From Candidatus Alloclostridium intestinigallinarum (lineage in GTDB: Bacteria; Bacillota; Clostridia; Christensenellales; UBA3700): a DNA stretch of 62,970 nucleotides. Both the position numbers and the translations under genes were made by a program. This document shows positions 47,134-56,083 of this stretch, in pieces; within the stretch, counting starts at the first letter, position 1; each line of letters begins with the position of its first letter. Below the pieces are notes generated by a model, which saw only the letters and a list, made by a program, of their open reading frames with translations, was not told the origin of the DNA and did not search any database. The stretch is taken from assembly GCA_904393845.1 (NCBI GenBank), contig CAJFNB010000004.1, positions 1-62,970 of the forward strand. The letters are read 5' to 3'.

Positions 47134-47886
47134 ATGCCTCAGGTAAAACCACACGTAGTACTGCTTACTTATACGAACAATCCGGCGCAGACGATAGCCA
47201 TGTCGGCAAAGCTGTGCTATTCCGACGCCACCATTGCCGACCTCAAAAAGGGCGTGGACGAGAGCGACGTGGGCAAATTTTTGTCCAGGCTCGTCACGAT
47301 GGGGCATCTTTCCCCGTTCGAGCACGCCTCTTTCACTTTCGGGATAGAGGGCGTTTCGCGCAGTTTTCTGGCGCAGGTGACAAGGCACAGGATAGCTTCT
47401 TTTTCCGTAAAATCACAGCGTTATGTGGACGCTAACAAAAATGGCGAATTCAATTACGTAATTCCCCCCGCCATAAGCGCATTGGGCAGCGTGGCGGAAG
47501 AAGAGTACAAAGACCAGATGGCGCAGATGCACGCCTGGTACTGCAAATGGCAGGAAAGACTGGGCGGAGCGTGTGAAAAATCCAACGAGGACGCGCGTTT
47601 CGTACTGCCCAACGCGGCGGAAACCAAGATGACGATGACCATGAACGTGCGCGAACTCATGCACTTTTTCACCGTGCGCTGCTGTAACCGCGCGCAATGG
47701 GAGATACGCGAAGTGGCGTGGCGTATGCTGGAAGAAGTGCTCAAAGTCGCCCCCGAACTGTTCGTGACGGCGGGTCCGTCCTGCGTGCGCGGCGGTTGCA
47801 GCGAGGGTAAAATGACCTGCGCAAAGCCCGATGAAGTAAGAGCAAGGCGCAGGGCGCTTACGGAAAAGATTGCGGAGAAGAAGTAA
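47134..47886 (+). CDS. thyX: FAD-dependent thymidylate synthase.
   Basis: It has the ThyX motif RHRIASFSVKSQRY. Confidence 0.9.
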   Translation: MPQVKPHVVLLTYTNNPAQTIAMSAKLCYSDATIADLKKGVDESDVGKFLSRLVTMGHLSPFEHASFTFGIEGVSRSFLAQVTRHRIASFSVKSQRYVDANKNGEFNYVIPPAISALGSVAEEEYKDQMAQMHAWYCKWQERLGGACEKSNEDARFVLPNAAETKMTMTMNVRELMHFFTVRCCNRAQWEIREVAWRMLEEVLKVAPELFVTAGPSCVRGGCSEGKMTCAKPDEVRARRRALTEKIAEKK

Positions 47887-48602
47887 TGTTACTTGAAGGA
47901 AAGAACGCCGTGCGCGAGCACCTTTCGGCGGGCGGAAAACTCACCCGTCTTTACCTGCAAAAGGGGCTTCACGGCACGGAAGACATAATAGATAAAGCCA
48001 AAACCGCGGGCGCGCGCATAGTAATGTGCGACAAAAAGGAGTTGGACAAGCTGTGCGGAGGGGAAAAACACCGCGGCGTCGTGGGCGCGGCGGACGAGTA
48101 TTCCTACTGCACGGTGGAAGACATAATAAAGGCGGCAAAGGACAAGGGCGAAAAGCTGTTCATGCTCATTCTGGACGGCATAGAAGACCCGCACAACCTG
48201 GGCAGTATAGTCAGGGTTGCGGAATGTTCGGGCGTGCACGGCATTGTCATTCCCAAAAGAAGGGCGGTAGGCGTGAACGCGACTGTGGTAAAGGTATCCG
48301 CGGGCGCGACGGCTTACGTCAGAATAGCGGCGGTGAACAACGTCAACGACGTCATACGCAAGCTGAAAGACAATTTCGTGAACGTGTACTGCGCGGATAT
48401 GGACGGCAGGGACGTCTATACCACCAATCTTACGGAAGATCTCGCGCTTGTCATAGGCAGCGAAGGTTTCGGCGTAAAGCCGCTCACCGCCAGGCTGTGC
48501 GACGGCGCCGTTTCCCTGCCGCAGAAGGGCAGGATAAATTCGCTCAACGCCTCCGTGGCGTGCGGCGTGCTTTGCTATGAAGTGCTCAGGCAAAGGAGAT
48601 AG
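47886..48602 (+). CDS. rlmB: TrmH/SpoU-family 23S rRNA 2'-O-methyltransferase.
   Basis: It has LDGIEDPHNLGSIVR. Its position next to mrnC and sigH matches Bacillus yacO. Confidence 0.8.
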   Translation: MLLEGKNAVREHLSAGGKLTRLYLQKGLHGTEDIIDKAKTAGARIVMCDKKELDKLCGGEKHRGVVGAADEYSYCTVEDIIKAAKDKGEKLFMLILDGIEDPHNLGSIVRVAECSGVHGIVIPKRRAVGVNATVVKVSAGATAYVRIAAVNNVNDVIRKLKDNFVNVYCADMDGRDVYTTNLTEDLALVIGSEGFGVKPLTARLCDGAVSLPQKGRINSLNASVACGVLCYEVLRQRR

Positions 48603-48603
48603 T

Positions 48604-49143
48604 ATGAAAGAAGAAGAGCTCATCGCGCGCGCTTCTTCGGGCGACAGCCTTGCCATGGAAGAACTGCTCACCGCCTATATGGGTATGGTAAAGGCGGTGG
48701 CGCGGCAATATTACATTGTGGGCGCGACCTGCGAGGACGTATCGCAGGAAGGAATGATAGGGCTTTACAAGGCGGTCGTCACATACAAGAGGGAAAAGGG
48801 CAGATTTTCCGCGTACGCGTACGCGTGTATAAAGGCGGCGGTGATAGACGCGGTAAAGGCGGCTTCGCGCGAAAAGAACAAGGCGCTCAACACGTCCGTA
48901 CCCCTTGAAAACACGGTGGGACTTGTAAGCGACGTGGATATTACGGTGAACCTTGTGGGCGGAGAGCTTATGGCAAGGATAAAAAGCCGCCTTTCGCCGG
49001 CGGAAGAGGAGATATTTTCCATGTGGGCGGAAGGCATGAGTTATGCGGAAATAGCCGAAGAGCTGGGCAAAACGGTGAAAAACGTGGATAACGCCGTCCA
49101 GCGCATAAAGAAAAAGGCGAAAGCAGTGATAAAGGAAGGCTGA
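48604..49143 (+). CDS. sigH: Sporulation-initiation sigma factor SigH.
   Basis: It has QEGMIGLYKAV and NAVQRIKKKA, resembling B. subtilis SigH. AAAGGAG precedes the ATG at 48604. Confidence 0.8.
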   Translation: MKEEELIARASSGDSLAMEELLTAYMGMVKAVARQYYIVGATCEDVSQEGMIGLYKAVVTYKREKGRFSAYAYACIKAAVIDAVKAASREKNKALNTSVPLENTVGLVSDVDITVNLVGGELMARIKSRLSPAEEEIFSMWAEGMSYAEIAEELGKTVKNVDNAVQRIKKKAKAVIKEG

Positions 49144-49189
49144 CTCGTATATATGCCGCAAAAAGCGGCAAAAGGCGCAAGGAGGAATT

Positions 49190-50416
49190 ATGAAGAAAAG
49201 CGCGGCGCTTATACTTATATTGGCGGTGGTCGCAGTAGCGGCGGCGGTTACCCTTACCGCCTGCGCTACCGTTTCCGTGACGTTCGACCTCAACGGCGGC
49301 ACGGTGGACGGAAGCGGCGAAAGCGTGGTTATGAACGTATCCGGACAGCTGGATCTTTCGGAGATTTTACCCGAAAAAAAGGATTCCGCGATAAGCGGCT
49401 GGACGGATGAAGAGGGCAACTTTTACGGCGCGTATTCGGTAATAACGCCGCAGGACGGAATGCGTCTTACCGCCGTGTACGAAGGCGTGCTCGAATATAC
49501 CCGCGTGGACGACGGCTACGCCGTTTCCGCAACGGAAGGTTACGCCGGGGTGAACGTGGTGATTCCCGAAGAGTACAACGGCATGCCCGTGACGGAAGTG
49601 GCGGAAAACGCCTTTTCCGGTTGCACTTCCATGAAGACTCTGCGCATACCCGACAGCGTGAAGAGGGTGGGCAGAGGCGCGCTTTCCGGCTGTACCTCGC
49701 TTGAAAGCATAGTGCTTCCGTTTGCGGGCGAGAGCGCGGATACCCCCGTCGGCGTAAATAATAAGGGTATGGCGCATATGTTCGGACTTTCAGGCGGTTC
49801 CAGCTGGGCGAAGGATTACGGTTTGAAACAGGTTACGGTTACCGACGCGGCGACGGTCATTCCCAACGGCGCGTTCGAGGGTATGACTTCGCTTCAATAC
49901 GTGAACCTGGGCGAAAACATAACCGAAATAGGAGCAAGGGCGTTTTCCAACTGCTCCAACCTTGTGAGCGTAACCTTGCCCGAAAAATGCGTTTCAATCG
50001 GGGCGTACGCTTTTGCAAATTGCAGCAAGGCGGCGATAACCGTCAAGGGCGCAATCACCGCTTTGGGATCTTATTCCTTCAGCAACAGCGGCATAACCGC
50101 CATAACTTTGGGCGAAGGAATTACGTCAATTCCAGACAACTGTTTTTACGGCAGCAGCTTAAGGTCGATAGTTCTTCCTTCAAGCGTGACAAGCGTAGGT
50201 TCGGCGGCGTTCCGCAACTGTACGCGCCTTACGGGCGTTACTGTAAATTCCGTCGTAACGCTGCGCTCTTCCGCGTTCAGCGAATGCAGTGCGCTTACGA
50301 ACGATTCGCTGCATTTTTCTTCGGGCGGTTCGTTTGCGTTTGCGGAAGGAGTAAGCGGTGATACAGCCACGCTCGGCAGCGCGTTTTACCGTACCGGAGT
50401 AACCATGTATAACTGA
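49190..50416 (+). CDS. Surface lipoprotein with a Listeria-Bacteroides repeat and BspA-type leucine-rich repeats.
   Basis: The signal peptide has a lipobox LTAC. It has VTFDLNGG..GW and repeated ..IP.SV..IG..AF..C..L.. units. Confidence 0.7.
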   Translation: MKKSAALILILAVVAVAAAVTLTACATVSVTFDLNGGTVDGSGESVVMNVSGQLDLSEILPEKKDSAISGWTDEEGNFYGAYSVITPQDGMRLTAVYEGVLEYTRVDDGYAVSATEGYAGVNVVIPEEYNGMPVTEVAENAFSGCTSMKTLRIPDSVKRVGRGALSGCTSLESIVLPFAGESADTPVGVNNKGMAHMFGLSGGSSWAKDYGLKQVTVTDAATVIPNGAFEGMTSLQYVNLGENITEIGARAFSNCSNLVSVTLPEKCVSIGAYAFANCSKAAITVKGAITALGSYSFSNSGITAITLGEGITSIPDNCFYGSSLRSIVLPSSVTSVGSAAFRNCTRLTGVTVNSVVTLRSSAFSECSALTNDSLHFSSGGSFAFAEGVSGDTATLGSAFYRTGVTMYN

Positions 50417-50452
50417 AAAAGCAATATATCAAAAGTAAGTCGGAGGAGAGAA

Positions 50453-51670
50453 ATGAACGTATTTTACAAGATGTACTGCCGCACTTTCCAGGCGGTGCTC
50501 AAACAGCTTATCAAACTCATGCCGTGGCGCAAGCCCGAACTTTTACGCTTTGAAAACGGCGCGGCGGGACTTGCCGGTTTTATCAAGGGCAAGGGGCTTA
50601 ATTCCGTGCTCGTGGTGACGGACGGCAATCTGATGAAGCTGGGGCTTTGCACCCCCATGCTGGAAGCGCTCGAAAAGGAGGGCGTGAAAGCCACCGTATA
50701 CGACAAGGTCGTGGCAAACCCCACCATAGACAACGTGGAAGAGGCGCTTAAAATGTACCGCGACGGCGGAGCGCAGGGCATAATCGCGTTCGGCGGCGGT
50801 TCGCCCATGGACTGCGCCAAGGGCGTAGGCGCGCGCGTGGCGCGTCCCGGCAAGCCCATTCCCAAAATGAAGGGCATTTTGAAAGTGGGAAAGAAAATGC
50901 CGCCTTTCTTCGCCATTCCCACCACTTCGGGTACGGGAAGCGAAACCACTTTGGCGGCGGTCATCACCGATACCACCAATCCCGAACACCACCTCAAATA
51001 CGCTATACAGGACTTTCCGCTTATCCCCCACTATGCGGTTCTGGACCCCTCTTTAACGGCGGGACTTCCGCAGAAGGTGACTTCCACCACGGGTATGGAC
51101 GCGCTCTGCCACGCGGTGGAGGCGTATATCGGCAATTCCAACACCAAGGAAACCAAGGCCAAGGCGGAAGAGGCTGTAAAGCTCATCTTCAAGTATCTCA
51201 AACGCGCCTATGACAACGGCGGGGATATGGAAGCCAGGGAAAACATGCAGACCGCGGCGTTCGACGCGGGCGTCGCGTTCACCCGCGCTTATGTGGGTAA
51301 CGTGCACGCGATGGGTCACGCCATGGGCGCGAAGTACAACACTCCCCACGGACTTGCCATGGCGGTAATTCTGCCGCATATGCTCGACTTCTACGGCGAA
51401 AAGATATATAAGAAGCTGGCAAAGCTGGCGGACGTAGCCGGCATTTCCGGCAAGGACGATGAAGAAAAGGCAAAGGCGTTTATCCGGGCGGTAAAGGATA
51501 TGAACGCGTATATGAATATCCCCGAAAACTTCGGCGGCATAATCAAGAAAGAGGACGTCCCCGAAATGTGCGAAGCCGCATACAAGGAAGCAAATCCGCT
51601 CTATCCCGTACCCGTGATGATGGGCAGGGAAGACTTTGCCAAAATGTATTTAGAGGTTCTTAACGGCTGA
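50453..51670 (+). CDS. Iron-containing (group III) alcohol dehydrogenase.
   Basis: It has GGGSPMDCAK and His-rich metal-site motifs. GGAGG precedes the ATG. Confidence 0.85.
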   Translation: MNVFYKMYCRTFQAVLKQLIKLMPWRKPELLRFENGAAGLAGFIKGKGLNSVLVVTDGNLMKLGLCTPMLEALEKEGVKATVYDKVVANPTIDNVEEALKMYRDGGAQGIIAFGGGSPMDCAKGVGARVARPGKPIPKMKGILKVGKKMPPFFAIPTTSGTGSETTLAAVITDTTNPEHHLKYAIQDFPLIPHYAVLDPSLTAGLPQKVTSTTGMDALCHAVEAYIGNSNTKETKAKAEEAVKLIFKYLKRAYDNGGDMEARENMQTAAFDAGVAFTRAYVGNVHAMGHAMGAKYNTPHGLAMAVILPHMLDFYGEKIYKKLAKLADVAGISGKDDEEKAKAFIRAVKDMNAYMNIPENFGGIIKKEDVPEMCEAAYKEANPLYPVPVMMGREDFAKMYLEVLNG

Positions 51671-51671
51671 T

Positions 51672-52475
51672 ATGTTTGTTGCGGACTCACACACACATTG
51701 CAACCACTCCCACGACAGTTTCGTGCCGCCGGAGGAGATGATTGAAAACGCGATAGCAAAGGGCGCGTCCTATATGGCGATGACCGACCATTGCGATAAG
51801 GATTACGCCCTTATTCCCGAATTTTTCGATATAAAGCAGATAGACCTTGATTCCCACTTTAAGCAGGCGCGCGCCCTGCAGGAGCGCTATAAGGGCAAAT
51901 TGCAGATAGGAGTGGGACTGGAATGCGGCTATTACGCGCCTGCGGACAAGCTGTACAGGGAGATTCTGGCGCAGTATCCCACCGACGTGGTCATCAATTC
52001 CGTGCACGTCGTGAACGAAGAGGACTGCTATTACGACAGCTATTTCACGCGCGGCAGAAAGGCGGCTTACGGCATGTACGTGCAGGCGGTGTTGGACAGC
52101 GTGAACGCCGACTTCCCCTACGACATAATCGGGCATATCGGCTATGTCGCGCGTAAAGCGCCATTTGAAAACCGCGCTTTGAGATATGAAGAATTCCCCG
52201 ATATGTTCGATGAAATTCTGCGCGGAATAATTCAGAAGGGCAAGGCGCTGGAAGTAAACGGCAGGGGGACGGGCATTCCCTATATCCCCGAAGACGGTAT
52301 TCTGCGCCGTTACAGGGAGCTGGGCGGCGAGCTGGTCACCTACGGTTCGGACGCGCACTATCCGCAGTTGCAGCTCATTCATTACAACGAGGTGAAGGAG
52401 GGCTTGAAAGCGCTCGGCTTCAGGTATATCTTCCACTACCTCGACCACAAGCCGGTTGCGGCGGAGATAGACTGA
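51672..52475 (+). CDS. PHP-domain histidinol-phosphatase (HisJ family).
   Basis: It has the N-terminal DSHTHCNHSHD, is about 265 aa, and has the PHP pattern. Confidence 0.7.
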   Translation: MFVADSHTHCNHSHDSFVPPEEMIENAIAKGASYMAMTDHCDKDYALIPEFFDIKQIDLDSHFKQARALQERYKGKLQIGVGLECGYYAPADKLYREILAQYPTDVVINSVHVVNEEDCYYDSYFTRGRKAAYGMYVQAVLDSVNADFPYDIIGHIGYVARKAPFENRALRYEEFPDMFDEILRGIIQKGKALEVNGRGTGIPYIPEDGILRRYRELGGELVTYGSDAHYPQLQLIHYNEVKEGLKALGFRYIFHYLDHKPVAAEID

Positions 52476-53173
52476 TGGCTTCACATCTGGGAAACAGCTG
52501 GGACGCTTTGTTAAAAGGCGAATTCGACAGCGAATATTTCGACAAACTGCGCGACTTCCTCAACAGGGAATATGCCTCGCACACAGTATATCCGCCCAAG
52601 CGCGATATACTCAGCGCGTTCGCGCACACCCCTTACGAAAACGTCAAGGTGGTCATAATCGGGCAGGACCCCTACATAGGCGAACGCCAGGCGAACGGAA
52701 TGTGCTTTTCGGTGGGAGAGGGCGTTAAATGTCCCCCTTCGCTCGTGAATATCTACAAAGCGCTCGAATACGACCTAGGCATACCGCCCACCGACTGCGG
52801 CGACCTCGGCGGCTGGGCGGAGCAGGGTGTTCTCCTGCTCAACGCCGTCCTCACCGTCCGCGCCGGAGCCAGCGGTTCGCACGCGGGCAAGGGCTGGGAG
52901 CGGTTTACCGACTTTGTGATCTCCCTGCTCAACAAAAGTCCCAACCCCATAGTTTTTATGCTCTGGGGCGGCTACGCTAAGAAAAAGGGCAGGATAATCG
53001 ACAATCCCAAACACCTCATCTTAACTTCCGTCCACCCTTCGCCCCTTTCCTTCTACCAGGGCTTTTTGGAGTGCAGGCATTTTTCCAAGGCGAATAAGTT
53101 TTTGATAGAGAACGGGAGAAGCCCCATTCGTTGGGAACTGAGGTCTGTAAGAGAGTATAACGAAAACAAGTGA
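52475..53173 (+). CDS. ung: Uracil-DNA glycosylase.
   Basis: It has GQDPYIGERQANGMCFSV and HPSPLS motifs. The start overlaps the upstream stop (TGATG). Confidence 0.9.
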   Translation: MASHLGNSWDALLKGEFDSEYFDKLRDFLNREYASHTVYPPKRDILSAFAHTPYENVKVVIIGQDPYIGERQANGMCFSVGEGVKCPPSLVNIYKALEYDLGIPPTDCGDLGGWAEQGVLLLNAVLTVRAGASGSHAGKGWERFTDFVISLLNKSPNPIVFMLWGGYAKKKGRIIDNPKHLILTSVHPSPLSFYQGFLECRHFSKANKFLIENGRSPIRWELRSVREYNENK

Positions 53174-53174
53174 C

Positions 53175-53211
53175 AAAAAAGCACCGTGTCCTGTAATATA
53201 GGTGCTTTTTT
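53175..53211. terminator. Bidirectional terminator after ung.
   Basis: AAAAAAGCACC-loop-GGTGCTTTTTT forms the core of a 31-bp palindrome at 53151-53231. Confidence 0.75.
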
Positions 53212-53237
53212 CTTGTTTTCTCTATACTCTCGCCATT

Positions 53238-53378
53238 GGCGCCGCGCATAAGCACCCTACTGCGGTGTCAAGACAGCCGCTTACTTGGTCACGTACGCTC
53301 TAGTACGCTCCCTGCGATAAGCGATTGCCTTTCCTAGCATTAGGGCACTTCTTCGCGGTGCGTTTAGTTGCCGCTTTT
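53238..53378. repeat. Family-C long-hairpin repeat, copy 2.
   Basis: See copy 1. The apical loop is TCACGTACGCTCTAGTACGCTC at 53289-53310. Confidence 0.85.
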
Positions 53379-53559
53379 AATATGATAAAAATTTAAAATC
53401 AAACGATGTAAAACTTCGCTTTTGTAAGCATAATTTCGTGGCGGCGGACTACTTTAGCTAATAATCCCCCTTGAAGCAAGCGAAAGTATATTTATTATAG
53501 TAGTTTCTTTGCAAAATATTTAATTTTTCACCTTATTAAAGCCTCGCTGAAAAGCACCG

Positions 53560-54864
53560 CTACTTACGCAACCCCTTAGGGTAGAAGTTTTTCAAAACCC
53601 CGTTCACAACCTTCCCCCAGCCCAGGGAAATGCCGTCCGTCAGTACCAGCGCCCAGCCGTTTTCAAGTTCGGTAGGCAGCGTTTCGCCGTGAAGGTATGC
53701 CAGCACGGACTTTCCGTCGGAAGGAAGGTCGATATAATTTTTCACGTCCTCTTTTCTTAGCGCGAGCGCAAGGGAGTGGTGCGGTGTAAATCTGCCGCGT
53801 TCCATATCGCCCAGCGGCAGTCCGAAGCGCAGACATTTTATGCCGTCCAAATCGGGACAGTCCCTAGGAGTGCAATACAGGGTGTTTTCCACGCTCAGGT
53901 TATATTCGACGGCGCGGTTTAATGTTTGTTTCGCAAATGCGTCAAACGCCTTTGCCGCGTCCTTTTGCACGGAAAGTTTCTGCGTTTTGCAGGGGGCGGA
54001 ATATCCGTCCTCTTTTTTCATCACGCATACGAAATGCCCTTCGCCCTTCACCTTGTGCGGATAAAGGCGCAGTCCTATGCCGCCTATGCCGCGCGTTATC
54101 CCCGGAATATCGTCTATCGGTGTGGACGTAAGGGAAAATTCGGGGTGGTTTTGCAAAAAGTTTTTGACGTTGCATTCGTTTTCCGCGCTTTCGAAAGTGC
54201 AGGTGGAGTAAATTATTCTGCCGCCCGGACGCGTCATGCGCGCCGCCTGGTGCAGAATTTCCGCGCTCCTTTCGGCACACTTGGCGCAGTTTTCCTCGCT
54301 CCACTCTTCAACGGCAATCTCGCGCCGTCTGAACATTCCCTCGCCGGAGCAGGGCACGTCGGCTATCACTACGTCGAACGTCTCTCCCCATTTGTCCGCA
54401 AGCGTCCGCGGAGCTTCGCTAGTGACTATGCCGCATTCTATTCCGCACCGCTCTATGTTCTGCGCCAGCACTTTGGCGCGGGAGGGAACTATCTCGTTGC
54501 TCACCAGCAGAGAGGGATTGAAGCACGCCGCGTGCGTGCTCTTGCCGCCGGGCGCGGCGCACAAATCCAGCACGCGTTCCCCCGCCTTTATATCCGCCGC
54601 TTCGGCGACTGCCATGGCGGAAGGCTCCTGGATATAGTACGCGCCCGCCTCGTGCAGGGGCGATTTTCCGGGAGTGCCCGTGTAATATCTGCCGGAAGGG
54701 CACCACGGCACTTTATCCGTGCAGCATTCGGGGACAAGGTCGGTTTTAACGGTATTTATGCGCAGCGCAAGCGGCGAAGGCTTTTCGTACTCCGCCATGA
54801 ATTTTTCAAAGTCCATTTCCGCAAGGGCGCGCATACGCAGTTTGAAGGCTTCGGGTAGATTCAT
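53560..54864 (-). CDS. RsmB/RsmF-family rRNA m5C methyltransferase (NOL1/NOP2/Sun).
   Basis: It has DLCAAPGGKS, DVPCSGEG and YSTCT motifs. ORF 53560..54999 was trimmed to MNLPEAF, which sits 6 nt after TGcTATAAT. Confidence 0.8.
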   Translation of the reverse strand: MNLPEAFKLRMRALAEMDFEKFMAEYEKPSPLALRINTVKTDLVPECCTDKVPWCPSGRYYTGTPGKSPLHEAGAYYIQEPSAMAVAEAADIKAGERVLDLCAAPGGKSTHAACFNPSLLVSNEIVPSRAKVLAQNIERCGIECGIVTSEAPRTLADKWGETFDVVIADVPCSGEGMFRRREIAVEEWSEENCAKCAERSAEILHQAARMTRPGGRIIYSTCTFESAENECNVKNFLQNHPEFSLTSTPIDDIPGITRGIGGIGLRLYPHKVKGEGHFVCVMKKEDGYSAPCKTQKLSVQKDAAKAFDAFAKQTLNRAVEYNLSVENTLYCTPRDCPDLDGIKCLRFGLPLGDMERGRFTPHHSLALALRKEDVKNYIDLPSDGKSVLAYLHGETLPTELENGWALVLTDGISLGWGKVVNGVLKNFYPKGLRK

Positions 54865-54870
54865 AACAAT

Positions 54871-54899
54871 ATTATAGCAGATTGCGGCGGCGCGGGCAA
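54871..54899 (-). promoter_or_regulatory. Promoter TTGCCC-17-TATAAT with a TGc extension, ending 6 nt before the ATG at 54864 (leaderless geometry).
   Basis: Read on the reverse complement. There is no SD sequence. Confidence 0.55.
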
Positions 54900-54936
54900 G
54901 TACCGGGAGGCTTTGAGCGCCGCATTGTTTTCCGAT

Positions 54937-54965
54937 TTGACATCTTGCCCGGATATATATATAAT
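54937..54965 (+). promoter_or_regulatory. Consensus promoter TTGACA-17-TATAAT.
   Basis: Both hexamers are perfect. It is divergent from the rsmF-like promoter. Confidence 0.7.
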
Positions 54966-55027
54966 ATAAAGAGGTCCCCGTTGCGTAAGCGTAAAACAAC
55001 GGCGGGGAATTACCGGACGGGTGAAGT

Positions 55028-56083
55028 ATGAAGAAGATGAAGGGACTTATGCAGGCGGCTATCGTAATCGTCTATATCCTGCTGGTGTGGACGATAATCA
55101 TACCGCTTATCGCAACGTGGATTCTGTACCGCTATCTGTTTGACAAGCGGTGCGACAAGACGGAAGGCGTGCTCACCGCGGCGGACTATCCCAATCTGGA
55201 TTGTTCGGCGTTCAGGGTGAAGTCGGGGAAGGAAGAACTGGCGTGCTTTGAATACCGCGATAAGGAAAAGTGCACGGGAAGGGCGGTCGTGCTCGTGTCG
55301 CACGGCATAGGCTGTTCTCACGGCAACTATCTCAACAGGATAAATTATTTCGCGGAGCGGGGATACATAGTGCTGGGCTTCGATATGACCGGTTGCGGCG
55401 ACAGCACGGGCAGCGGCATAAAGGGACTGCCCCAGGCGCACGTGGACCTGGACAAGGTTCTTACCTACATAGAAAATTCGCCCGAATACGGCAATCTGCC
55501 CCTGCTTGTTTACGGACATTCGTGGAGCGGTTTCGGGGTGGCTTCCGTGCTCAATTACGGACATAAGCCCGTGGCGGTGGTGTCCGCAAGCGGCTTTAAC
55601 AGGGAACGCAGCATTATCCGCTTCCAGGCGGTGAGAATGGCGGGCAGGCTCGGAGTGCTCACGATGCCGTGGTTCGCGGTTATAGAAAGGTTTATCTACG
55701 GAAAACGCGCGGCGTACACCGCCGTTTCGGGCATAAACGCGTACGGCGGTCCCGTACTGCTCGCGCACAGCAAGGACGACCCCACCGTTCCGTACGACTG
55801 CTCCGTCATAGCCGCGGAGGGCATTACGAACAGGAAGGTGCAAAAGCTCGTCTACGACGACAGGGGGCATACGCTTTCCCGTTCCGTGGAGGCGGAAAAC
55901 ACTATAAAAGCGGACGTCGCGGGCAAGCCGCGCCGCAAGATACGCAAGGGGGAGAGTTACTTCAAATACGAAGTGGACGTGCACTACCACTATTCGGCGC
56001 GCGAGGCGGTGTTCGACACGGACGTCACGTTTATGGACAAGGTGGAAAATTTTTACGAAAGCGCGCTTAAAGGTGAACTATGA
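55028..56083 (+). CDS. Membrane-anchored alpha/beta hydrolase.
   Basis: It has an N-terminal TM helix and the nucleophile elbow GHSWSG. Confidence 0.7.
   Translation: MKKMKGLMQAAIVIVYILLVWTIIIPLIATWILYRYLFDKRCDKTEGVLTAADYPNLDCSAFRVKSGKEELACFEYRDKEKCTGRAVVLVSHGIGCSHGNYLNRINYFAERGYIVLGFDMTGCGDSTGSGIKGLPQAHVDLDKVLTYIENSPEYGNLPLLVYGHSWSGFGVASVLNYGHKPVAVVSASGFNRERSIIRFQAVRMAGRLGVLTMPWFAVIERFIYGKRAAYTAVSGINAYGGPVLLAHSKDDPTVPYDCSVIAAEGITNRKVQKLVYDDRGHTLSRSVEAENTIKADVAGKPRRKIRKGESYFKYEVDVHYHYSAREAVFDTDVTFMDKVENFYESALKGEL

Noticed and set aside
46734-47886. thyX placed between mrnC and rlmB, and the GTG start of mrnC, as something unusual.
   Set aside because: This is a gene-order variation inside a conserved housekeeping cluster, and a non-ATG start is commonplace. 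There is no further signal.
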